Assembly (NCBI GenBank): GCA_048594975.1
Contig: JBMDXQ010000145.1
Location: 55,284 to 119,283 of the forward strand
Origin: Vicinamibacterales bacterium
Lineage (GTDB): Bacteria > Acidobacteriota > Vicinamibacteria > Vicinamibacterales > 2-12-FULL-66-21
Length of the DNA stretch: 64,000 nucleotides
Reading direction: 5' to 3'
Position numbers and translations under genes: made by a program. The notes beneath the pieces are model-generated. The model saw nothing but the letters and a program-made list of their open reading frames with translations, ran no database searches and had not been told where the DNA came from. Shown here one piece after another: positions 41,031 to 50,234 of this stretch; within the stretch, counting starts at the first letter, position 1; every line of letters begins with the position of its first letter.

Positions 41031-42151
41031 GCCGGACGTTCCACCTGCTCACCGGCGAGTACCCGCCTCAAGTGGGCGGCGTCGGCGACTACACCGCGAA
41101 ACTGGCGGCCGCGCTCGCGCGGCGCGGCTGTGCGATCCACGTCTGGTCGCCGGCGGTCTGCGACGGTTCAGACGGCGGCGTGATCGTCCACGCGCTGCCC
41201 GATCGGTTCGGCGCAGCCTCGCGGCGGGCCATCGCGGGCGGCATCGCCTCGCAACCGGGCCGCGTCGTCGTCCAGTACGTCCCCAACGCGTTCGGCAGCC
41301 GCGGCGCGAACCTGCCGTTCTGCCGATGGGTGGCGCGGCTGCGCGGCCGCGGAGCCGACGTGCGGGTGATGTTCCACGAACCGTACTTCTACTTCACGGC
41401 GGCCCGTCCGTTCGCCAATCTCCTGGCGCTAGCCCAGCGCGCGATGGCGGCGCTGCTCCTCCGCGGCGGCGGCGTCGCCTACCTGTCGACCGACCGCTGG
41501 ATCGAGTACCTGTGCCCGTATGCGCCGGCCGGCACCTCGTGGACGGTTCTGCCGATCCCCGCGACGGCGGAAGGAGATGCCGCGCCCGAGGCGATCGAGC
41601 GCTGGTGCCGCACCGCCGGGGGCGGGCCGCTCGTCGGGCACTTCGGCAGTTACGGTGATCACGTCGCCCGCGACCTGGAGCCGGTCGTCGTGGCGCTGCT
41701 CTCGTCCGCGGCGCCGGTGACGCTGCTGCTGATCGGCCGGAACAGCGAGCGCTTCGCCGATCGGCTGGTGAGCGTGCGACCGGAGTTCGCTGGGCGGGTG
41801 CACGCCGCCGGGGCGCTGGCCGAACGCGACGTGGTCGCGGCGCTGAAAGCGTGCGCCGTGCTCGTCCAGCCGTTTCCCGATGGTGTCACGACCCGGCGAA
41901 CCTCCGTCATGGCGGGCCTCGCGGCGGGCGTCGCCACGGTGACGACCGACGGTCGGCTCACCGAACGTGTCTGGCGCGAGACCGGCGCCGCGGCGCTCGT
42001 CCCCGCCGGCGCCGTGGGCGCGATGCGTGACACGGTCCTCGGCCTGTTGACGGAAGGCGAGAGGCGCCACGCGCAAGCCGCAGCTGGCAGGTGCGTGTAC
42101 GCCGAGCGGTTCGCGATCGAACGGACCGTCGATCTGCTCACCGGCGCATGA
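41027..42151 (+). CDS. Glycosyltransferase, GT-B fold (GT4-like, divergent)
   Basis: 374 aa with a GTGA overlap. FHLLTGEYPPQVGGVGDYT at the N-terminus. The C-terminal E-x7-E region is weak. Confidence 0.6.
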   Translation: MSRTFHLLTGEYPPQVGGVGDYTAKLAAALARRGCAIHVWSPAVCDGSDGGVIVHALPDRFGAASRRAIAGGIASQPGRVVVQYVPNAFGSRGANLPFCRWVARLRGRGADVRVMFHEPYFYFTAARPFANLLALAQRAMAALLLRGGGVAYLSTDRWIEYLCPYAPAGTSWTVLPIPATAEGDAAPEAIERWCRTAGGGPLVGHFGSYGDHVARDLEPVVVALLSSAAPVTLLLIGRNSERFADRLVSVRPEFAGRVHAAGALAERDVVAALKACAVLVQPFPDGVTTRRTSVMAGLAAGVATVTTDGRLTERVWRETGAAALVPAGAVGAMRDTVLGLLTEGERRHAQAAAGRCVYAERFAIERTVDLLTGA

Positions 42152-43302
42152 GCGAACTTCGCATCCTGCTCGTGGGCGACTACCCGGACGATCCACGCCT
42201 CGGGTCGGCGAAAGTCGCGCACAAGCTGCGGGATGAGCTCCGGGCCGCCGGGCACGAATGCGACGCACTGTTCGCGCCCGACCTGGGCGCGTGGCCCTCC
42301 GGCCGGCAGCTCAGGCAGCTCGTGTCCCCGGTCGCCGCACGTGCCGCAATCGCGCGAGCCTTCGCCCGCGGCGCCTACGACGTGGTGGATGCCTGCAGCG
42401 CCGAGGGCCTCTGGTTCGGCGTGCTGAAGCGCGCGGGACGTCATCGCGTCGCCGCGCTCGTCTGCCGTTCGCACGGGCTGGAGCACCTCAACTATCGGCG
42501 CATGCTCGACGACAGCCGCGCCGGCATCACGGCGAAGCCGTGGACCCGCCGCGTCTGGTACCCGGCGTCTCGACTCAGCCAGGTCGCGCTCGCCGCGCGC
42601 GCCGCCGATCGGCTGCTGCTGCTCAACGAGATCGATCGCGAGTTCGCCCTCCGTCGCGGCTGGCAGCCAGCCGACCGCATTGACCTGATCCCGCACGGCG
42701 TCTCGGAGCGATATCTGCAGCTCCCGCCCGTGTCAGCGCCGCGCGGGGCGGGCGCGCTGTTCTGCGGCTCGTGGGATCACGTAAAGGGCATCCGATATCT
42801 GGTGGACGCCTTCTCGCAGCTTGCCGCCGCGGGACACGCCGTGCCGCTGACCATCCTCGGTCCGGGGGTGCCGGCCGGGTCGGTCATCGGCGACTTCCCC
42901 GAAGTCGCGCGCGCGCATCTCACGGTCCTCGATCGCGTGCCGGAGGACGCCGTCGTCCAGCTGTATCGCCGGCACGACGTCCTCGTCGCCCCTTCGACGT
43001 ACGAGGGCTTCGGCCTCGTCGTCGTCGAGGCCATGTCGCAGGGCTTGCCGGTGATTGCGACGCCCGTCGGCTGCGCAGCGTCGGTCGTGCACGACGGCGT
43101 CAACGGCCGTCTCGTGCCGGCGCGCGACGCCGGCGCGTTCGCCGCCGCCGTGCGTCAGATGATGGACGCTCCGCAGGCGCGCGTGTGCATGGGTGCCGCG
43201 GCGGCGAGCACCGTCGCCGGCATGTCCTGGCGTGCAACCGCCGCTCGTACGGTCGAGTGCTACCGCCGCGCGCTTGCGCAGGTGCGAGGACGTGCCGCGT
43301 GA
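42148..43302 (+). CDS. Glycosyltransferase family 4
   Basis: Internal start MSELRILLVGDY, with an ATGA overlap. VLVAPSTYEGFGLVVVEAMSQGLPVIATPVGCAASVV. Confidence 0.8.
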   Translation: MSELRILLVGDYPDDPRLGSAKVAHKLRDELRAAGHECDALFAPDLGAWPSGRQLRQLVSPVAARAAIARAFARGAYDVVDACSAEGLWFGVLKRAGRHRVAALVCRSHGLEHLNYRRMLDDSRAGITAKPWTRRVWYPASRLSQVALAARAADRLLLLNEIDREFALRRGWQPADRIDLIPHGVSERYLQLPPVSAPRGAGALFCGSWDHVKGIRYLVDAFSQLAAAGHAVPLTILGPGVPAGSVIGDFPEVARAHLTVLDRVPEDAVVQLYRRHDVLVAPSTYEGFGLVVVEAMSQGLPVIATPVGCAASVVHDGVNGRLVPARDAGAFAAAVRQMMDAPQARVCMGAAAASTVAGMSWRATAARTVECYRRALAQVRGRAA

Positions 43303-44219
43303 GCACTGCGCTCACGATCGGCATCACGACGCGCGACCGGCCCGAGTCGCTGCGCCGCTGCCTCGCCTCCGTGTCGTCGATTCCGGGTGATGCCCACGAC
43401 GTGGTGGTGTTCGACGATGCGTCCACCGTCCCGGCCGCCGATGTGGTTGCGCGTTGCGCCGGCACCACGCTCGTACGCGTGGTGCGCGACGACCGGGGTG
43501 TCGGCCCGATCGAAGGGCGCAACCGGCTCATTGCGGAGGCACGCCACGAGTTCGTCCTTCTCCTGGACGACGACGCAGCCGTGTTCGACGGCGGCGCAAT
43601 CGCGCGCGGCGTCGGCCTGCTCGAACATGACGGTCGGGTAGCCGCCGTCGCGTTCGCGCAGGCGGAAGCCGACGGACGGCCGTGGCCCGAGCATATGCAG
43701 CCGGGCCGGGGCCGCGAACCCGCCTGCGTGGCCGCCTACATCGGCTTCGCGCATCTGATCCGGCGGAGCGCGTTCACCGCCGTGGGCGGCTACCGGGCCG
43801 ATCTCGTGTTCTACGGAGAGGAGAAGGACCTCTGCCTACGGCTGCTCGATGCCGGGTATCTCGTCGTGTACCTGCCGGACGCGCTCGTTGCGCACGTACC
43901 GGACCCCTCAGGGCGCGACCACGGGCGCTACGTGCGGCAGGTCATCCGCAACGATTGCCTGTCGTCCCTCTACAACGAACCCTGGCTGCTGGTGGCCGCG
44001 GGCCTGCCGGTCCGTCTCTGGCGCCTTCGGCGAATGGCGCGGGCGGTGCCCTCCCGTGGTGCCAGCAGCGTGGTCTGGCTCCTCGGAGAGCTGTGGCGCG
44101 GGTGGCCGAGCGTGACGGCGAACCGTCGCGCGGTTTCGTGGCGGACGATTCGCACGTGGCGTCGCCTGAGTCGCAGCGTCGTCCCGTACCGCCCCGCGGC
44201 GCATTCGGGCACGCGATGA
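43299..44219 (+). CDS. Glycosyltransferase family 2
   Basis: GTG start (GTGA overlap). LTIGITTRDRPESLRRCLASV...VVVFDDAS...LLLDDD (DxD) motifs. Confidence 0.8.
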   Translation: MSTALTIGITTRDRPESLRRCLASVSSIPGDAHDVVVFDDASTVPAADVVARCAGTTLVRVVRDDRGVGPIEGRNRLIAEARHEFVLLLDDDAAVFDGGAIARGVGLLEHDGRVAAVAFAQAEADGRPWPEHMQPGRGREPACVAAYIGFAHLIRRSAFTAVGGYRADLVFYGEEKDLCLRLLDAGYLVVYLPDALVAHVPDPSGRDHGRYVRQVIRNDCLSSLYNEPWLLVAAGLPVRLWRLRRMARAVPSRGASSVVWLLGELWRGWPSVTANRRAVSWRTIRTWRRLSRSVVPYRPAAHSGTR

Positions 44220-45343
44220 AACGGCTCCTGACCATCGCGCATTCCTACGTCGTCGGCCTCAACCGCCGGCTGGCGCACGAGATGGCCATCCAGGGGCAGG
44301 GCGACTGGGACGTGACCGCCGTCGCCCCGCAGCGCTACGCCGGCGACCTGCGCAGCATCGCCGTCGAGTCGGTGCCCGACGAGCGCTGCCGCCTGGAGTC
44401 GGTCCCCGTTCACCTCGACTCGATTCCGCACCTGATGTTCTACGGCCGGGGCCTCGGTGCCACGCTGCGCGGGCGATGGGACGTCGTGCACTGCTGGGAG
44501 GAGCCGTACGTCGCCTCCGGGTTCCAGGTCGCGAGCCAGGCGCCGCCGGGCGCGCGTTTCGTGTTCGCCACGTTCCAGAACATCGCCAAACGCTACCCGC
44601 CGCCGTTCGCCTGGTTCGAACGGCGAGTCCTGGCGCGTGCCGATGGATGGATTGCGTTCGGCCGCACGGTGCACGACACCCAGCAGCCCCGCCCCGGCTT
44701 TGCCGCGCTGCCCTCGCGGATCATCCCGCCGGGAGTGGACACCGAGCGCTTCGCGCCGGATGGTGCCGCGCGGGCTCAGGTGCGCGCGCGGTTCGGCTGG
44801 GACGAGGAAGTTCCCGTTCTCGGGTTTGCCGGCCGCTTCGTCGAGGCGAAGGGCGTCGCGCTGCTCGCCGCGGTCCTTCCGAAGCTGCGCACCTCCTGGC
44901 GCGCCCTCTTCGTCGGTGACGGTCCCGCGCGCCCGCAGCTCGAGGCACTGGCAGCGGACCGGCCGCGCGCCGTGGCCGTCGTCACCGGAGTGACGCACGA
45001 CCAGGTACCGGCGTACCTCAACGCCATGGACCTGCTCTGTGCCCCGAGCCAGACGACGGCGCGGTGGCGCGAGCAGTTCGGGCGCATGTCGATCGAGGCG
45101 ATGGCCTGCGGCGTGCCGGTGGTCGGCAGCGACAGCGGTGAGATCCCGCACGTCGTCGGTGAGGCAGGCGCCATCGTCGCCGAACGCGACGTCGACGGAT
45201 GGGTGGCGGCGATTGACGGCCTGCTTTGCGACGGCCATCGGCGGAAGGCGCTCGGCGCGGCCGGCGTGGCGCGCGCGCGCCAGTACTTCGGCTGGCCGGC
45301 CATCGCCCGCGCGCACCTCGACTTCTTCGAGGATCTGCTGTGA
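44216..45343 (+). CDS. Glycosyltransferase family 4
   Basis: Internal start MKRLLTIAHSYVVGLN, with an ATGA overlap. LLCAPSQTTARWREQFGRMSIEAMACGVPVVGSDSGEIPHVV. Confidence 0.8.
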   Translation: MKRLLTIAHSYVVGLNRRLAHEMAIQGQGDWDVTAVAPQRYAGDLRSIAVESVPDERCRLESVPVHLDSIPHLMFYGRGLGATLRGRWDVVHCWEEPYVASGFQVASQAPPGARFVFATFQNIAKRYPPPFAWFERRVLARADGWIAFGRTVHDTQQPRPGFAALPSRIIPPGVDTERFAPDGAARAQVRARFGWDEEVPVLGFAGRFVEAKGVALLAAVLPKLRTSWRALFVGDGPARPQLEALAADRPRAVAVVTGVTHDQVPAYLNAMDLLCAPSQTTARWREQFGRMSIEAMACGVPVVGSDSGEIPHVVGEAGAIVAERDVDGWVAAIDGLLCDGHRRKALGAAGVARARQYFGWPAIARAHLDFFEDLL

Positions 45344-46521
45344 GCCTGCGCGTGGCCGTCGTCGCCGACTTCGTCGAGGAGGGGTGGCCGAGCATGGACC
45401 TCGTGGCGGAAATGCTCGTCGATCGCCTGGAGCACGAACACGCCGAAGAGGTGACGGTGGCGCTGGTCCGGCCCCCCCTGCGGCGCCGCCTCGGCGTCCT
45501 GCCGGGCACGCGTCGGCTGCGGCCGGCGCTCACTGCCGATCGCATCGTGAACCGCCTCTGGGATTTCCCGCGAAGCCTCGCCGGGCTTGCGGCTCGACAC
45601 CATGTCTTCCACGTTGTCGACCACAGTTACGCGCACCTGGTCCACCGGCTGCCGGCGGAGCGGACGCTCGTCACCTGCCACGACCTCGACGCGTTCCGCT
45701 GCCTGCTCGGCGGCGAACGCGAACGGCGCTCCGCACCGTTCCGGGCGATGACGCGCTACATCCTCGAGGGCCTGAAGCGGGCGGCGCACATCGCCTGCGA
45801 CACCGTCGCGACCCGCGACGCGCTCGTGGCCCAGGCCGGCATTGCCGTGGCGCGAACCAGCGTCGTCCACAACGGGCCCCATCCCGCCTGCAGTCCGGCG
45901 CCCGAACCGTTCGCCGACGGCGAAGCCGGGCGGCTGCTCGGTCCCGACGCGGCGCGAGCGACCTGGATCCTGCACGTCGGCAGCTCGATCCCGCGCAAGC
46001 GCATCGACGTGCTGCTGCGCGTGGTCGCGGCGGTGCGCCGGACGCATCCCGAGGTGCGGCTGATCAGGGTGGGCGGGCCGCTCACTGCCGCGCAGCGCGC
46101 GCTCGCTGACGAGCTGCGCGTCGCGGGTGCGGTCGTCTCGCTGCCGTTCCTCGATCGCGCGACGCTCGCCGCGGTCTACCGTCGAAGCGCCCTGCTGCTG
46201 CTGCCGTCCGACCGCGAGGGGTTCGGGTTGCCGGTGCTTGAGGCGATGGCCTGTGGCACGCCGGTCGTGGCGAGCAGCATCGAGGCGTTGCGCGAGGTCG
46301 GCGGATCGGCGGCCACGTACTGCCCGGCCGGCGACGCCGACGTGTGGGCGGCAGCTGTCGGCGCGTTGCTCGAGGAGCGCCGGACGCGGCCGCAGCTGTG
46401 GGAGGCGAAGCGGCAGGGCGTGATCGCCCGCGCCACCGTGTTCAGCTGGTCGCGCTACACCCGCGACATCGTGACGCTTTATCGCCGGCTCGTCCCCGGC
46501 GGAGTGCCGGAGCCGGCGTGA
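45340..46521 (+). CDS. Glycosyltransferase family 4
   Basis: GTG start (GTGA overlap). LLLLPSDREGFGLPVLEAMACGTPVVASSIEALREV. Confidence 0.8.
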   Translation: MSLRVAVVADFVEEGWPSMDLVAEMLVDRLEHEHAEEVTVALVRPPLRRRLGVLPGTRRLRPALTADRIVNRLWDFPRSLAGLAARHHVFHVVDHSYAHLVHRLPAERTLVTCHDLDAFRCLLGGERERRSAPFRAMTRYILEGLKRAAHIACDTVATRDALVAQAGIAVARTSVVHNGPHPACSPAPEPFADGEAGRLLGPDAARATWILHVGSSIPRKRIDVLLRVVAAVRRTHPEVRLIRVGGPLTAAQRALADELRVAGAVVSLPFLDRATLAAVYRRSALLLLPSDREGFGLPVLEAMACGTPVVASSIEALREVGGSAATYCPAGDADVWAAAVGALLEERRTRPQLWEAKRQGVIARATVFSWSRYTRDIVTLYRRLVPGGVPEPA

Positions 46522-47636
46522 TCTCCGTCGTGCACGTCGCCAAGTTCTATCCGCCGGTTCCCGGGGGTATGGAACGCGTCGTCGAATCGCTTTGCGCCGC
46601 CACGCGCGGGCGCGCCCGGAGCAGCGTCATCGCGCTCAACACCACGCCGCGGACGGTGCACGAGGTTGTCGACGGGGTGGACGTGACGCGTGTCGGGGTC
46701 GCGGCGACGCGCGGCTCGGTTCCGATTGCCCCCGGTCTTGCCGGCGTGTTGCGGCGCGCCCGCGCCGACGTGATGGTGCTGCACGAGCCGAACCCGTGGG
46801 CGCTCACCTCGCTGCTGCTCTCGCGGGTGAAGATGCCGCTCGCCGTGTGGTTCCACAGCGAGGTGGTCCGTCCTCGGCTGCAATACCGGCTGTTCTACGC
46901 CCCGGTGGCGCGGCCGGTCTACCGCCGGGCGCGCCGGATCGTGGTGTCCTCGCCGCCCCTGGCGGAGCACGCGGCGGCGCTGGCGCCGTATCGGGAACGC
47001 GTCGCCGTCGTGCCGTTCGGGATCGACTCGGCCCGCTGGCGCGCCTCGCCGGCGACCGCCACGCGAAGCGCCGCGATCCGGGAAGCGGCGCGCGGCCGGC
47101 CGCTGGTGCTGTTTGCCGGTCGCATGGTGCCGGACAAGGGGCTCGACGTCCTGCTTCGCGCGCTCGAGGGCACCGAGGCGGCGGCCGTGCTCGCCGGCGA
47201 CGGCCCGTCTCGGGCGGAGGCGGAAGCGCTTGCCCGGCGGCTCGGCCTCGACAGCCGCGTCACCTTCACCGGCGAGGTGCCGCATGCGGAGCTGGTCGCG
47301 CTCTATCACGCGTGCGATCTGTTCGTGTTGCCCTCGGTCACTCCCGCCGAAGCGTTCGGTTACGTGCAGCTCGAGGCAATGGCGTGCGGACGGCCGGTGG
47401 TGAGCACGCGCGTGCGATCCGGCGTGCCCTGGGTCAATCGCGACGGTGTGACCGGTCTGACCGTCCCCCCGTCCGATCCCTCCGCACTCCGCCGCGCGAT
47501 CGAGACGCTCGGCGGCGATCCGGATCTGCGCGAGCGGATGGGGGAGGCCGGCCGGGCGCGGGTAGCCTGGGAGTTCACGCTGGAGCGCATGGCGGCGCGG
47601 ACCGCGGCGCTGCTCGAGGACGTGGCGGCCGGCTGA
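46518..47636 (+). CDS. Glycosyltransferase family 4
   Basis: GTG start (GTGA overlap). VISVVHVAKFYPPVPGGMERVV; LFVLPSVTPAEAFGYVQLEAMACGRPVVSTRV. Confidence 0.8.
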   Translation: MISVVHVAKFYPPVPGGMERVVESLCAATRGRARSSVIALNTTPRTVHEVVDGVDVTRVGVAATRGSVPIAPGLAGVLRRARADVMVLHEPNPWALTSLLLSRVKMPLAVWFHSEVVRPRLQYRLFYAPVARPVYRRARRIVVSSPPLAEHAAALAPYRERVAVVPFGIDSARWRASPATATRSAAIREAARGRPLVLFAGRMVPDKGLDVLLRALEGTEAAAVLAGDGPSRAEAEALARRLGLDSRVTFTGEVPHAELVALYHACDLFVLPSVTPAEAFGYVQLEAMACGRPVVSTRVRSGVPWVNRDGVTGLTVPPSDPSALRRAIETLGGDPDLRERMGEAGRARVAWEFTLERMAARTAALLEDVAAG

Positions 47637-48241
47637 TGGCCAAGCGCGCGCTGGACGTGGTGCTGTCGCTCTTCGGCCTGGTGGCGTCGTCGCCGCTCTG
47701 GCCGATCATCGGCGCCGCGATCAAGCTCGAAGACGGCGGCCCGATCTTCTACCGCCAGCCACGGGTCGGGCAGTTCGGCCGCGTGTTCGACGCGCTGAAG
47801 TTTCGATCGATGCGGCCGGATGCCGAGGCGGCGAGCGGCGCGATTCAGGCGGGCGAGAACGATCCGCGCGTGACGCGCGTCGGCCGTGTGATGCGCGCGA
47901 CCGCCATGGACGAACTCCCGCAGCTGTGGAACATCCTGCGCGGCGACATGAGCTTCGTCGGCCCGCGGGCGCTCCGGCCGGGCGAGATCGAATCGGCGGC
48001 CGACGGCCGGATCGTGCGCCTCGATGAGATTCCGGGGTACCACCGGCGCATCACCGTCAGGCCCGGGTTGACGGGCGTGGCACAGGTCTACGCCGCGCGG
48101 GACATTCCGCGGCGCCACAAGTTCAGGTACGATCGACTCTATATCGAGACGCGCTCGTGGACGCTCGACGTGCGGTTGATTCTCCTGTCGTTCTGGATTA
48201 GTTTCCGCGGCACATGGGAAGCCCGGGGCCGAAAATACTGA
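47636..48241 (+). CDS. Priming sugar-phosphate transferase (bacterial sugar transferase family, small PGT)
   Basis: Internal start [22 protein letters not shown], with a TGATG overlap. KFRSM...[22 protein letters not shown]...PGLTG motifs. Confidence 0.85.
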   Translation: MAKRALDVVLSLFGLVASSPLWPIIGAAIKLEDGGPIFYRQPRVGQFGRVFDALKFRSMRPDAEAASGAIQAGENDPRVTRVGRVMRATAMDELPQLWNILRGDMSFVGPRALRPGEIESAADGRIVRLDEIPGYHRRITVRPGLTGVAQVYAARDIPRRHKFRYDRLYIETRSWTLDVRLILLSFWISFRGTWEARGRKY

Positions 48242-48248
48242 GGCTGCC

Positions 48249-49409
48249 GTGCGCGACGTAGCCGTCGTCGGTGCCGGTCCGGCCGGCCTGATCGCGGCAC
48301 GGCGCCTCGCGGCCGCCGGGCACGACGTGGTGGTGCTGGAAGAGCACGAGCACATCGGGGTCCCCGTCCACTGCACCGGCCTCATCGGACTTGACGCCTT
48401 CGCCGAGCTGCCGATCCCCCGCGAGGCGATCCTCGGTACAGCCCGCGCCGCCCGCTTCGTTGCCGCCGACGGCACGTCGGTCGTCGTCGATTCGGAGCGC
48501 GTCTGCGCCGCGGTCATCGATCGCGCCGCGTTCGACCAGGCGCTGGCCCGCGAGACGCGCGAGGCCGGCGCCGAGCTGCGCGCGGGCGCGCGCGTGCGCC
48601 GCATCGACGTCCGGTCCGACCGCGTGGTCATTTCCGGGGACACGGAGGACTCGACGGTCCACGCGCGCCTGTGCGTCCTCGCGTGCGGCGCCAGCTACCG
48701 CTTCAACCGCGCGCTCGGGCTGGGCGTGCCGCGCGCGTTCGTGCAGAGCGCGCAGCTCGAGGCGGCGCTCGAGGGACCCGACAGCATCGAGGTGTTCCTC
48801 GGCCGCTCGGTCGCCCCGGGCGGCTTCGCCTGGCTGGTGCCGTTCCGCCGCGGCCTGCGCTCGTTCACGCGCGTCGGCCTGATGTGCCAGTCCAGCGCCG
48901 CCGGACGCTTCGCCGAGTTCACCGCGGCCATCCGCTCCCGTTTCGACGTGGCCGACCCCTGGCCGGCGCCGCGCGTCAAGCTGCTGCCGCTCGGCCCGGT
49001 CAACCGGACGTATGCGCATCGGATCCTCGCCGTCGGCGACGCCGCCGGGCTGGTCAAGCCCACGACCGGCGGCGGCATCTACTACGGCCTGATCAGCGGC
49101 GATCTCGCGTCGGCCATCGCCGACGAGGCGCTGCGCGAGGGTGATCTGTCGCGTGCGCGTCTGCGCGCCTACGAGAAGCGGTGGCGCCAGCGGCTCGGCG
49201 CGGAAATCCGCGTCGGGCTCGCGTTCCGCCGCCTGGCGTCGCGGCTCACGGACCGGTCGATCGACGCGCTCGTCGAACTTGCGCGCGTGGACGGCCTGCT
49301 GCCGCTGCTCAAGCAGACCGCCGACTTCAACTGGCATCGGCGCTCGGCGCTCGCCCTCCTCCGTCACGCCGAAGTCCGCCGCATCCTCCTCGGTTCCCTC
49401 TGGAGCTGA
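48249..49409 (+). CDS. Geranylgeranyl-reductase-family FAD-dependent oxidoreductase
   Basis: 386 aa with a GTG start. VAVVGAGPAGLIAARRLAAAGHDVVVLE, CTGLIG, VGDAAGLVKPTTGGGIYYGLISG. Confidence 0.75.
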   Translation: MRDVAVVGAGPAGLIAARRLAAAGHDVVVLEEHEHIGVPVHCTGLIGLDAFAELPIPREAILGTARAARFVAADGTSVVVDSERVCAAVIDRAAFDQALARETREAGAELRAGARVRRIDVRSDRVVISGDTEDSTVHARLCVLACGASYRFNRALGLGVPRAFVQSAQLEAALEGPDSIEVFLGRSVAPGGFAWLVPFRRGLRSFTRVGLMCQSSAAGRFAEFTAAIRSRFDVADPWPAPRVKLLPLGPVNRTYAHRILAVGDAAGLVKPTTGGGIYYGLISGDLASAIADEALREGDLSRARLRAYEKRWRQRLGAEIRVGLAFRRLASRLTDRSIDALVELARVDGLLPLLKQTADFNWHRRSALALLRHAEVRRILLGSLWS

Positions 49410-49472
49410 CCGCGCGCCGGCCGCCGCCGGGCGGTTCTGCATCTCATCACCAGTCGTGACACACTGCGCCCC

Positions 49473-50234
49473 GTGACTGATCCGGTTCGCGACGGGCACT
49501 ACGCGCGCAAACAGATCTACTGTCCGACCGCAGTGGTGGCATGGAGCCATCGCCGCCGGTTCGCCCTGGCCACAGAGCTCGCCGGAGAGAGCTCCGGGAG
49601 GCTCCTCGATTTCGGGTGCGGCGACGGCACGTTCGCGGCGCTGGTGCACGATCGGTTTGCCGCAGTGGTCGCCGCCGATCCGGACGCCGCGCAGATGGCC
49701 GACTGCCGGCAGCGATTTGCCGGCCTCGGCAACGTCCAGTTCCTGCTCACCTCGATGCTCGACGCTCCCTCGCATTCCGGGGCATACGACGTGGTGACCT
49801 GCATGGAGGTGCTCGAGCACACGACCGACGCAGAGCGCCGCCGGGTCGTCGATGCGCTGGCGCGGTACGTACGCGCCAAGGGCCGCATCGTGATCAGCGT
49901 CCCGATCGAGATCGGCCCCGCGCTGCTGGCCAAACAGTTCGTCCGGGCGGTCGCGGCACGCCGGGGTCACGGCGACTACCAGCACCGCGAGACCTACACG
50001 CCGCGCGAGATGGCCGTGGCGGTCCTGGGGCGGCGCGCCCTCGCTCGCGCGACCTACACCGCCGATCGCCCTGGTGGTCCTGTGGTCTACTGCGGGCACA
50101 AGGGCTTCGACTGGCGGGTCCTCGAGGCGGAGATTCGCGACCGGCTGGCGGTCGAGCGCCGGGTGTTCTCGCCGGTGCCGTTTGCCGGCCCGCTGCTGAA
50201 CAGCCAGGTCTGGTTCGTGTGCCGACGGAAATGA
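49473..50234 (+). CDS. Class I SAM-dependent methyltransferase
   Basis: 253 aa with a GTG start. LLDFGCGDGTFAAL, VVTCMEVLEH. Confidence 0.75.
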   Translation: MTDPVRDGHYARKQIYCPTAVVAWSHRRRFALATELAGESSGRLLDFGCGDGTFAALVHDRFAAVVAADPDAAQMADCRQRFAGLGNVQFLLTSMLDAPSHSGAYDVVTCMEVLEHTTDAERRRVVDALARYVRAKGRIVISVPIEIGPALLAKQFVRAVAARRGHGDYQHRETYTPREMAVAVLGRRALARATYTADRPGGPVVYCGHKGFDWRVLEAEIRDRLAVERRVFSPVPFAGPLLNSQVWFVCRRK

